Assembly: GCF_000195955.2 (NCBI RefSeq) | Contig: NC_000962.3 | Location: 1,740,001 to 1,772,000, forward strand | Reading direction: 5' to 3' | From: Mycobacterium tuberculosis H37Rv | GTDB taxonomy: Bacteria; Actinomycetota; Actinomycetes; Mycobacteriales; Mycobacteriaceae | Length of the DNA stretch: 32,000 bases | Shown here: one piece after another, positions 1-7,693 of the stretch | Position numbering within the stretch: the first letter of the stretch is position 1 | Layout: each line of letters starts with the position of its first letter | Notes under the pieces: generated by a model | What the model was told of the DNA's origin: nothing | Seen by the model: the letters and a program-made list of their open reading frames with translations, nothing else | The model's database searches: none | Made by a program: the position numbers and the translations under genes

Positions 1-1247
1 CCCGATCGGCCATGCCGATGCATCAGGCCCGCAGGCTGATCGGGGTGACGGCCGTGGTGTTGCCGCCACGCGGGGTGGTGTACGGGATCGCCAGCCGCCG
101 GGTATTCGACACCGTGCGCGGCCTGGTGCCCGTCGTCGAACAGCTTTCTTTCGATGAAGCGTTCGCCGAACCGCCCCAACTCGCCGGGGCAGTGGCCGAG
201 GACGTCGAGACGTTCTGCGAACGGTTGCGGCGACGGGTGCGCGACGAGACCGGCCTGATTGCCTCGGTCGGAGCGGGCTCGGGCAAGCAGATCGCCAAGA
301 TTGCTTCTGGTCTGGCCAAACCCGACGGCATTCGGGTAGTCCGGCACGCTGAAGAGCAAGCGCTTCTCAGCGGATTGCCGGTACGACGGCTGTGGGGCAT
401 CGGCCCGGTCGCCGAGGAAAAGCTGCATCGGCTCGGCATCGAGACGATCGGGCAGCTGGCCGCGCTGAGCGATGCCGAGGCGGCCAACATCCTAGGCGCG
501 ACGATTGGGCCCGCGCTGCACCGGCTGGCCCGTGGCATCGACGACCGCCCAGTGGTGGAGCGCGCCGAAGCCAAGCAAATCAGCGCCGAGTCCACGTTCG
601 CCGTCGATCTGACCACCATGGAGCAATTGCACGAGGCGATCGACTCCATCGCTGAGCACGCGCACCAACGCCTGCTGCGCGACGGCCGCGGCGCCCGCAC
701 CATCACGGTGAAGCTAAAGAAATCCGACATGAGCACGCTAACCCGCTCGGCGACGATGCCCTACCCGACGACCGACGCCGGCGCGCTGTTTACGGTGGCC
801 CGCCGGCTGCTGCCGGATCCACTGCAAATCGGGCCAATTCGTCTTCTGGGTGTTGGGTTTTCGGGTTTGAGCGACATTCGCCAGGAGTCGTTGTTTGCCG
901 ACTCGGACTTGACGCAGGAAACGGCGGCAGCGCATTACGTCGAAACACCGGGAGCGGTCGTGCCGGCCGCGCACGACGCCACGATGTGGCGGGTCGGCGA
1001 TGACGTCGCCCACCCTGAGCTTGGGCACGGCTGGGTGCAGGGAGCGGGCCACGGCGTGGTCACCGTGCGGTTCGAAACGCGTGGTTCAGGCCCGGGCTCG
1101 GCGCGGACGTTCCCCGTCGACACCGGCGACATCAGCAACGCCAGCCCGCTTGACAGCTTGGACTGGCCGGACTACATCGGCCAGCTATCGGTCGAGGGGT
1201 CCGCCGGCGCCTCAGCCCCAACGGTCGATGACGTCGGCGACCGGTGA
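1..1247 (+). CDS. dinX: DNA polymerase IV, Y-family (DinB1/DinX); 5' end lies upstream of the window
   Basis: The reading frame is open from the window edge (same phase as ORF 12..1247) to TGA 1245-1247. The translation shows the Y-family catalytic SFDEAF motif, [26 protein letters not shown], and the helix-hairpin-helix-like [26 protein letters not shown]. Recognised as Rv1537. Confidence 0.9.
882..896 (+). other. Beta-clamp-binding motif QESLF inside DinX
   Basis: The codons cag gag tcg ttg ttt are in the dinX frame and match the bacterial clamp-binding consensus Qxx(L/M)F. They sit after the little-finger domain, where Y-family polymerases carry this motif. Confidence 0.7.
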
Positions 1248-2192
1248 GTTGGCCGCCAGCGCGGCCATTAGCAGCACCCGGGCCTGGGACGGCGGCAGTC
1301 GCGGTACCATCACCGCGCCAGCCTCCACCAGGTCGTGCCCGGGACCATAGCCTGCGCCGACCCGCGCGCCGGCGACCCGGGTAGACACCGCGATCACCAC
1401 CGGATCGCTCCCGTCTCGACAGTGGCGACGGACTCCCTCGATCACGGCGGCCCCGGCATTGCCCGAGCCCAGCGCCTCCAGCACCACGGCGCGCGCGCCG
1501 GCTGCCACACAGGCGTCCATCGCCACCGCGTCACTTCCCGGATAGACGGCGACGATGTCGACTCGTGGCGCCACGGCAGCGCCCAGATCGCCGAGATAGG
1601 GCCGCGTCTTGGTGCGCGTCAGCCGCACCCCGCCCGACGTGAAGCCAAGCGACTCGCCGGCGAATCCGCACAGGTCCGGGTTGGCCACCTTGTGCAGGCC
1701 CAAAGGCTGTAACACCCGGCCGCCGAAACTCACCAGCACCCCGAGGTCGCGGGCGGCTGGGTCGGCGGCGACCGCAAGCGCGTCGCGCAGATTGGCCGGG
1801 CCATCGGCGCCGGGGGCATCGGCGCTGAGCATGGCCCCGGTCAACACGACCGGGCGGCTACCCGCATAGGTGAGGTCCAGCCACAGAGCGGTCTCTTCGA
1901 GCGTATCGGTGCCGTGAGTGATGACCACCCCATCTGCGCCGCCGCGGAATGCCTCCTGCACTGCAGCGCCTATCCGGTCCCAATCGGCCGGCGTCAACTT
2001 TGAGCTGTCCAGCGCCATGAGGTCGACTACTTCGATGTCGGAGTCCATGTCGAGACCGGCGATCAGCGTCGCCCCGCAATGGGTTGGCCGTAGCACCCCA
2101 TCGGGGCCGGCGGTGGTCGAGATTGTCCCTCCAGTAGTGATGACGGTGAGGCGGGCCATGATGGGATCATTGCGCACGTGGTTTGCTCCCAT
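1212..2192 (-). CDS. ansA: L-asparaginase
   Basis: 326-codon ORF with the asparaginase signatures [11 protein letters not shown] (TGGTI) and [12 protein letters not shown] (HGTDT). An alternative start is M12 at 2159 ([11 protein letters not shown]). The 3' end overlaps the dinX 3' end by 36 bp. Confidence 0.9.
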
Positions 2193-2243
2193 CCGGCCGC
2201 GGGGTCTGGGCGGGCCATATCGGCCCTAGGGGATGATGATGGT

Positions 2244-2852
2244 GTGCCTGACGAACCAACAGGATCGGCTGATCCGCTGACCTCGACCGAGGAAGCCGGG
2301 GGGGCGGGGGAACCTAACGCTCCCGCGCCGCCGCGACGGCTGCGCATGCTGCTGTCGGTCGCTGTGGTGGTGCTCACACTCGACATTGTCACCAAGGTGG
2401 TAGCTGTCCAACTGTTGCCGCCCGGCCAGCCGGTGTCGATTATCGGCGACACGGTGACCTGGACTCTGGTGCGTAATTCTGGGGCGGCCTTCTCGATGGC
2501 GACCGGATACACCTGGGTTTTGACGCTGATTGCGACGGGTGTCGTGGTCGGAATTTTCTGGATGGGGCGGCGGCTGGTATCGCCGTGGTGGGCGCTGGGT
2601 CTTGGGATGATCCTGGGCGGTGCCATGGGCAACCTGGTTGATCGCTTCTTTCGGGCACCGGGGCCGCTGCGCGGGCACGTCGTCGATTTCTTGTCGGTCG
2701 GCTGGTGGCCGGTGTTCAATGTCGCCGATCCGTCGGTAGTCGGTGGCGCCATCCTGCTGGTCATCCTGTCGATCTTTGGCTTTGACTTCGACACCGTAGG
2801 TCGGCGACACGCCGACGGGGACACCGTAGGTCGGCGCAAAGCCGATGGCTGA
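2244..2852 (+). CDS. lspA: Lipoprotein signal peptidase (signal peptidase II)
   Basis: SPase II motifs VRNSGAAFS (NxGAAF) and VFNVADPS (FNxAD), plus four hydrophobic segments. I chose GTG 2244 (202 aa) over the longest-ORF start at 2178, because the extra 22 codons overlap the ansA 5' end and lie upstream of the conserved sequence. Confidence 0.88.
2790..2849 (+). repeat. Tandem 30-bp duplication (25/30 identical) at the lspA 3' end
   Basis: gacaccgtaggtcggcgacacgccgacggg is followed directly by gacaccgtaggtcggcgcaaagccgatggc. These encode [10 protein letters not shown] / [10 protein letters not shown]. The second copy contains the ATG (2845) of the next gene. Confidence 0.9.
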
Positions 2853-3771
2853 CCGCTCAATGCCCGTTCCGGATGGATTGGCGGGAATGCGTGTTGACAC
2901 CGGACTGGCCCGCTTGCTGGGACTGTCTCGGACCGCTGCGGCTGCCCTCGCCGAAGAGGGCGCGGTCGAGCTGAATGGCGTGCCGGCCGGAAAGTCCGAT
3001 CGGCTCGTCTCCGGCGCCTTGCTGCAGGTGCGGTTGCCCGAGGCGCCCGCGCCGCTGCAGAACACCCCCATCGATATCGAGGGCATGACGATTCTGTATT
3101 CCGACGACGACATCGTTGCGGTCGACAAACCGGCTGCAGTTGCCGCGCATGCGTCGGTCGGCTGGACCGGACCGACGGTGCTCGGCGGACTCGCCGCCGC
3201 CGGGTACCGGATCACCACATCCGGGGTGCACGAGCGGCAGGGCATCGTGCATCGCCTCGACGTCGGGACCTCCGGGGTGATGGTAGTGGCGATCTCCGAG
3301 CGGGCGTACACCGTGCTGAAGCGGGCGTTCAAATACCGCACGGTGGACAAGCGGTACCACGCGCTGGTTCAAGGACATCCAGATCCGTCCAGCGGAACGA
3401 TCGACGCGCCGATCGGTCGTCATCGCGGCCATGAATGGAAGTTCGCGATCACCAAGAATGGCCGGCACAGCCTTACGCACTACGACACGCTGGAAGCGTT
3501 CGTGGCAGCCAGCCTGCTCGACGTGCATCTGGAAACTGGCCGCACCCACCAGATCCGGGTGCACTTCGCCGCGTTGCATCACCCATGTTGCGGCGACCTC
3601 GTTTACGGAGCTGATCCCAAGCTAGCGAAGAGGCTCGGGTTGGACCGTCAATGGCTGCACGCGCGTTCACTGGCGTTCGCTCATCCGGCCGACGGCCGGC
3701 GGGTGGAGATCGTCAGCCCGTATCCGGCCGATCTGCAGCACGCGCTAAAGATATTGCGTGGCGAGGGTTGA
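2845..3771 (+). CDS. RluD/RluA-family rRNA pseudouridine synthase
   Basis: 308 aa with an S4-like N-terminus, the catalytic-Asp motif [14 protein letters not shown], and GRTHQIRVH near the C-terminus. The ATG overlaps the lspA stop by 8 bp (ATGGCTGA). Corresponds to Rv1540. Confidence 0.9.
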
Positions 3772-3777
3772 CCGGCA

Positions 3778-4371
3778 TCACGAGGTGCGGCAGACGAACG
3801 TGGCGCCATGGAAATCGAGGCGCACCTCGCCCTGGTGTTCCCAGTATTCAATGCCTTGGCGACCATACCGGGCGCCACTGCCGGACAGTTCGACGAACAC
3901 GATCACTTGGTCGCCTTTCCAGTTGAGCACGGCCGTCTTCGGGTCGAATTGGTTGTAGAACTGTGCGGTCAATGGGCCGTCCTGCGTGGGACACCGGTAG
4001 GTGAGGACGGGTGGAGTCGCGGTGGCGGGATCGGCGATTGCCAATTGGACCAGCCGGGTCTGGTAGGCCTCCTGCACACAGGTACGCGGGTCGGTGTCTT
4101 GCGCACAAGCATCACGCAGCATCGTCCAGCTGCTTTGTGCGGCTTCCAGCGCCGCCGAGCGTCGATGGGCCAGCGCCTGTTGATAGGCGGTCGAAAGCCG
4201 GTGGTCCAGACTGGTCAACTGCCGGTCGTGGCAAACCAGTTGCTGCACTATGGTTGCCGGTTTGGTGCAGTCGAGCGACTGCCCGGCGGTCGGCGAGGTT
4301 GTGTTAGCCGGAGGGTTTGCGGCGCAGGCGCTCAGAACCAGGGCGGTCACCAGGACGCCGATCCATCTCAT
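3778..4371 (-). CDS. lprI: Lipoprotein LprI (lysozyme inhibitor; DUF1311-like plus MliC-like domains)
   Basis: Signal peptide MRWIGVLVTALVLSAC with lipobox L-S-A-C (Cys16). The C-terminal half resembles MliC-type lysozyme inhibitors (YRCPTQDGPLTAQFYN...ARYGRQGIEYWEHQGE). Confidence 0.88.
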   Translation of the reverse strand: MRWIGVLVTALVLSACAANPPANTTSPTAGQSLDCTKPATIVQQLVCHDRQLTSLDHRLSTAYQQALAHRRSAALEAAQSSWTMLRDACAQDTDPRTCVQEAYQTRLVQLAIADPATATPPVLTYRCPTQDGPLTAQFYNQFDPKTAVLNWKGDQVIVFVELSGSGARYGRQGIEYWEHQGEVRLDFHGATFVCRTS

Positions 4372-4425
4372 GGAAACGGACTACCCGGCTACCGACGCGG
4401 TGTCCAGCGCGACACGCCACAGGGC

Positions 4426-4836
4426 TCAGACTGGTGCCGTGGTGCTCTCGCCCGATGTGACGTCGACCGCCAGCGGCGCGATGACGCCGAGGATTTCCGT
4501 GATCGTTTCGGAGGGCACGCCGGCTGCGGTCAGCGCGTCGGCCAAGTGTCCGGCGACCAGGCTGAAGTGGTGCATGGTAATTCCGCGCCCCTGATGGACT
4601 TGCTTCATCGGCGCACCGGTATAGGGCTCGGGCCCGCCAAGCGCGGCCGCGAAAAACTCCACCTGCTTGCCCTTGAGGCGGCTCATGTTCGTACCGCTGA
4701 AGAAGGCCGATAGTTGGTCATCGGCAAGCACACGAACATAGAAGTCCTCGACGACGACTTCGATGGCCTCATGCCCGCCGATCTTGTCGTAGATGCTGAT
4801 CGGCTCACGTTTGCGCAAGCGTGACAGTAGTCCCAT
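4426..4836 (-). CDS. glbN: Truncated (2-on-2) haemoglobin N
   Basis: 136 aa. It has the [12 protein letters not shown] pre-A extension, then [28 protein letters not shown] (Tyr B10 context) and KQVHQGRGI (proximal His region). It lies immediately upstream of lprI on the same strand with a 54-bp gap. Confidence 0.93.
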   Translation of the reverse strand: MGLLSRLRKREPISIYDKIGGHEAIEVVVEDFYVRVLADDQLSAFFSGTNMSRLKGKQVEFFAAALGGPEPYTGAPMKQVHQGRGITMHHFSLVAGHLADALTAAGVPSETITEILGVIAPLAVDVTSGESTTAPV

Positions 4837-4894
4837 CGTGCCAGGGGACCATGCCGGCGTTGCCTGCCGGTTAGGTCGCGATCACGCTCGGATT

Positions 4895-4914
4895 ATCAGC
4901 TGTAACAAGCTGAT
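4895..4914. promoter_or_regulatory. Perfect 7-N6-7 palindrome ATCAGCT-gtaaca-AGCTGAT in the glbN / Rv1543 divergent intergenic region
   Basis: Read directly from the sequence. It lies 59-78 nt upstream of the glbN ATG. The arm at 4895-4901 overlaps a -10-like GATAAT hexamer on the glbN strand (4892-4897). Confidence 0.45.
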
Positions 4915-5063
4915 TGCCGCCAACGTCGCACAGATCCCGTCGCAAACAGATCCTTGGTCGCCGCACCGGCCGGTAGTGGACTCCATTCATCAGCTCATGT
5001 GCTAGTAGGTTGGCTTCATGACCCGTGTCCATCACCCCACGCCGCCATCAGGAGCTACCCACG

Positions 5064-6089
5064 ATGAATCTTGGTGACTTAACGAACTTCGTCGAGAAGC
5101 CGCTCGCGGCGGTGTCCAACATCGTCAACACCCCGAACTCGGCCGGGCGATATCGGCCCTTCTACTTGCGCAACTTGCTCGATGCGGTGCAGGGCCGCAA
5201 CCTCAATGATGCTGTCAAGGGCAAGGTTGTCCTCATCACTGGTGGGTCATCAGGCATCGGTGCGGCGGCCGCGAAGAAAATTGCCGAGGCCGGCGGCACG
5301 GTGGTGTTGGTCGCACGCACCCTGGAAAACCTCGAGAACGTCGCCAACGACATACGGGCGATCCGAGGCAACGGTGGGACCGCCCACGTCTACCCGTGCG
5401 ATCTATCCGACATGGATGCGATTGCCGTGATGGCCGACCAGGTGCTCGGCGACCTCGGCGGCGTCGACATCTTGATCAACAACGCGGGCCGGTCAATTCG
5501 GCGCTCGTTGGAGTTGTCCTATGACCGGATCCACGATTACCAGCGAACGATGCAGCTCAACTACCTCGGCGCGGTCCAGCTGATCCTGAAGTTCATCCCC
5601 GGAATGCGAGAACGCCACTTCGGGCATATCGTCAACGTTTCCTCAGTCGGCGTGCAGACCCGCGCGCCGCGCTTCGGCGCTTACATCGCCAGCAAGGCCG
5701 CGCTGGACAGCCTGTGTGATGCGTTGCAAGCCGAGACCGTGCACGACAACGTCCGATTCACCACCGTGCACATGGCATTGGTAAGGACTCCAATGATCAG
5801 CCCGACCACGATCTACGACAAGTTTCCCACGCTGACGCCGGATCAGGCGGCCGGTGTGATCACCGATGCCATCGTGCATCGGCCCCGGCGAGCCAGCTCA
5901 CCGTTCGGACAGTTCGCCGCCGTTGCCGACGCCGTCAACCCCGCGGTGATGGACCGGGTACGTAACCGTGCCTTCAACATGTTCGGCGACTCGTCCGCAG
6001 CCAAGGGAAGTGAATCCCAAACCGACACATCAGAACTCGACAAGCGAAGCGAGACGTTTGTGCGGGCCACCCGAGGGATCCATTGGTGA
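5064..6089 (+). CDS. Short-chain dehydrogenase/reductase, probable fatty acyl-CoA reductase (Rv1543)
   Basis: SDR motifs TGGSSGIG (TGxxxGxG), NNAG and YIASKAAL (YxxxK). ATG 5064 is preceded by AGGAG about 10 nt upstream. The longest-ORF GTG at 5025 has no comparable SD. Confidence 0.88.
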   Translation: MNLGDLTNFVEKPLAAVSNIVNTPNSAGRYRPFYLRNLLDAVQGRNLNDAVKGKVVLITGGSSGIGAAAAKKIAEAGGTVVLVARTLENLENVANDIRAIRGNGGTAHVYPCDLSDMDAIAVMADQVLGDLGGVDILINNAGRSIRRSLELSYDRIHDYQRTMQLNYLGAVQLILKFIPGMRERHFGHIVNVSSVGVQTRAPRFGAYIASKAALDSLCDALQAETVHDNVRFTTVHMALVRTPMISPTTIYDKFPTLTPDQAAGVITDAIVHRPRRASSPFGQFAAVADAVNPAVMDRVRNRAFNMFGDSSAAKGSESQTDTSELDKRSETFVRATRGIHW

Positions 6090-6093
6090 CACC

Positions 6094-6897
6094 ATGAGCC
6101 TTCCGAAACCGAACAATCAGACCACCGTTGTGATCACCGGCGCCTCCTCCGGCATCGGTGTCGAATTGGCTCGTGGCTTGGCCGGCCGCGGCTTCCCACT
6201 GATGCTAGTGGCGCGGCGCCGCGAGCGCCTCGACGAACTGGCCGATCAGCTGCGCCAGGAACACTGCGTCGGGGTGGAGGTCTTGCCGCTCGACCTTGCC
6301 GATACGCAAGCGAGGGCACAGCTGGCTGATCGCTTGCGTAGTGATGCGATTGCCGGGCTGTGCAACAGCGCAGGTTTCGGCACCAGTGGGCGTTTTTGGG
6401 AGTTGCCGTTCGCACGCGAAAGCGAGGAAGTCGTCCTCAATGCTCTGGCGTTAATGGAACTCACCCATGCCGCACTGCCAGGCATGGTCAAGCGCGGCGC
6501 CGGTGCGGTGCTCAACATCGCCTCGATCGCGGGTTTCCAGCCGATTCCCTATATGGCCGTGTATTCGGCTACCAAAGCCTTTGTGCTGACGTTCTCTGAA
6601 GCCGTGCAGGAGGAGCTGCACGGAACGGGCGTGTCGGTGACTGCCCTGTGCCCAGGCCCGGTACCCACCGAGTGGGCCGAGATCGCCAGCGCCGAGCGGT
6701 TCAGCATTCCCCTCGCCCAAGTTTCGCCGCACGACGTCGCCGAAGCCGCCATCGCCGGGATGCTCTCCGGTAAGCGCACCGTCGTGCCGGGCATAGTGCC
6801 AAAGTTCGTCAGCACCAGCGGCAGATTCGCTCCGCGCAGCCTGCTGCTGCCCGCGATCCGGATCGGCAACCGGCTGCGCGGCGGGCCCAGCCGCTGA
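6094..6897 (+). CDS. Short-chain dehydrogenase/reductase, possible ketoacyl reductase (Rv1544)
   Basis: TGASSGIG, NSAG and YSATKAFV (YxxxK). ATG 6094 lies 4 nt after the Rv1543 stop. The longer ORF from 5968 merely overlaps Rv1543 out of frame. Confidence 0.88.
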   Translation: MSLPKPNNQTTVVITGASSGIGVELARGLAGRGFPLMLVARRRERLDELADQLRQEHCVGVEVLPLDLADTQARAQLADRLRSDAIAGLCNSAGFGTSGRFWELPFARESEEVVLNALALMELTHAALPGMVKRGAGAVLNIASIAGFQPIPYMAVYSATKAFVLTFSEAVQEELHGTGVSVTALCPGPVPTEWAEIASAERFSIPLAQVSPHDVAEAAIAGMLSGKRTVVPGIVPKFVSTSGRFAPRSLLLPAIRIGNRLRGGPSR

Positions 6898-6918
6898 TGT
6901 GAGGGGCGTTCCGGCCTG

Positions 6919-7146
6919 GTGCCGAACGGAGTGCTGGGCCTGGGCAATCCCAGCCGGCTAGCCGCGTTGTATGGGTTGCAGCTGGCGCACGAGTCGCAGT
7001 GCTGCCAGATGCACAATTTGCCCTCTGCAGCGCGACAAGTCACTGTTGCGTGTCGCGAGGAGGTGGGCATAACGACCATCCTTGCCGGCAGAGACGAATG
7101 CGGCGTGTGTGACAAGACAGCTGGGTTGGATGGCGCCGCTCCTTAG
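6919..7146 (+). CDS. Doubtful 75-codon ORF (position of Rv1545)
   Basis: GTG start, no recognisable motif, no clear SD. By my count third-position GC is about 70 percent, lower than I would expect for this genome. Listed only because it is the only sizeable sense ORF in a 297-bp gap. Confidence 0.25.
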   Translation: MPNGVLGLGNPSRLAALYGLQLAHESQCCQMHNLPSAARQVTVACREEVGITTILAGRDECGVCDKTAGLDGAAP

Positions 7147-7169
7147 CGGGCCATAGCGCACGGCCCGCT
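7145..7169 (+). terminator. GC-rich hairpin (8-bp stem AGCGGGCC / GGCCCGCT, 9-nt loop), possible tail-less terminator
   Basis: Read from the sequence, overlapping the stop codon (7144-7146) of the 6919..7146 ORF. It is followed only by tt, not a U-tract. Confidence 0.35.
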
Positions 7170-7182
7170 TCGTCGCCGGCGC

Positions 7183-7188
7183 TAGTCT
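7183..7188 (+). promoter_or_regulatory. -10 hexamer TAGTCT (TANNNT) positioned for a leaderless Rv1546 transcript
   Basis: The last T (7188) is exactly 7 nt upstream of the A of ATG 7195. There is no SD between them. This matches the mycobacterial leaderless-gene architecture. Confidence 0.45.
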
Positions 7189-7194
7189 CATGCG

Positions 7195-7626
7195 ATGGCC
7201 TCTGTTGAGCTGTCCGCTGACGTCCCCATCAGCCCGCAGGACACGTGGGACCACGTTTCGGAGCTGTCAGAGTTGGGGGAGTGGCTCGTCATCCATGAGG
7301 GGTGGCGCAGCGAGTTGCCTGATCAACTGGGCGAAGGCGTCCAGATCGTGGGTGTCGCGCGGGCCATGGGCATGCGCAACCGGGTTACGTGGCGGGTGAC
7401 CAAGTGGGACCCGCCACATGAGGTCGCGATGACAGGATCCGGGAAGGGTGGAACAAAGTACGGAGTCACCCTCACCGTGCGACCCACAAAAGGCGGGTCG
7501 GCGCTGGGGCTGCGTCTCGAGCTGGGCGGGCGTGCGCTGTTCGGCCCGCTGGGTTCGGCGGCGGCTCGCGCCGTCAAGGGCGACGTCGAGAAGTCGCTTA
7601 AGCAGTTCGCCGAGCTATACGGCTAG
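7195..7626 (+). CDS. Conserved 143-aa protein, SRPBCC/START-like fold family (Rv1546)
   Basis: Clean ORF with codon bias like its neighbours. The family assignment rests on overall sequence character and memory only. Confidence 0.75.
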
Positions 7627-7661
7627 CCGCTAGAAGACACACTTTGCGACACGCCCGAACG

Positions 7662-7684
7662 GTGTCGGTCCTCGGTCATAGACT
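7662..7684 (+). promoter_or_regulatory. RecA-independent DNA-damage promoter motif (RecA-NDp / PafBC-type): gTGTCGGTc-N8-TAGACT
   Basis: TGTCGGTC at 7663-7670, an 8-nt spacer ctcggtca, then TAGACT at 7679-7684. The published consensus is tTGTCRgtg-N8-TAnnnT. The hexamer ends 9 nt before the dnaE1 ATG. Confidence 0.5.
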
Positions 7685-7693
7685 GGCGTCCCT

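Noticed and set aside
2178-2243. Longest-ORF starts for lspA (2178), Rv1543 (5025), Rv1544 (5968), PPE21 (13630), frdC (19878) and frdD (20210)
   Set aside because: In every case the extension overlaps the preceding gene or a divergent promoter and lacks family-like sequence. The internal start gives the conserved N-terminus, usually with an SD or a stop-start overlap.
2063-3582. Minus-strand ORFs of 265, 374 and 241 codons opposite lspA and the pseudouridine synthase gene
   Set aside because: They are antisense to genes with clear catalytic motifs. Their composition is low-complexity and Arg/Pro/Ser-rich, and they lack an SD or any recognisable domain.
3808-4713. 301-codon plus-strand ORF spanning lprI and glbN
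   Set aside because: It is antisense to two well-supported genes, crosses their intergenic spacer, and is Arg/Gly-rich with no motif.
7655-7672. Possible LexA SOS box upstream of dnaE1 (cgaacggtgtcggtc)
   Set aside because: Only one half-site resembles the mycobacterial TCGAAC-N4-GTTCGA box, and the second half does not match. The RecA-NDp reading of the same region fits much better.
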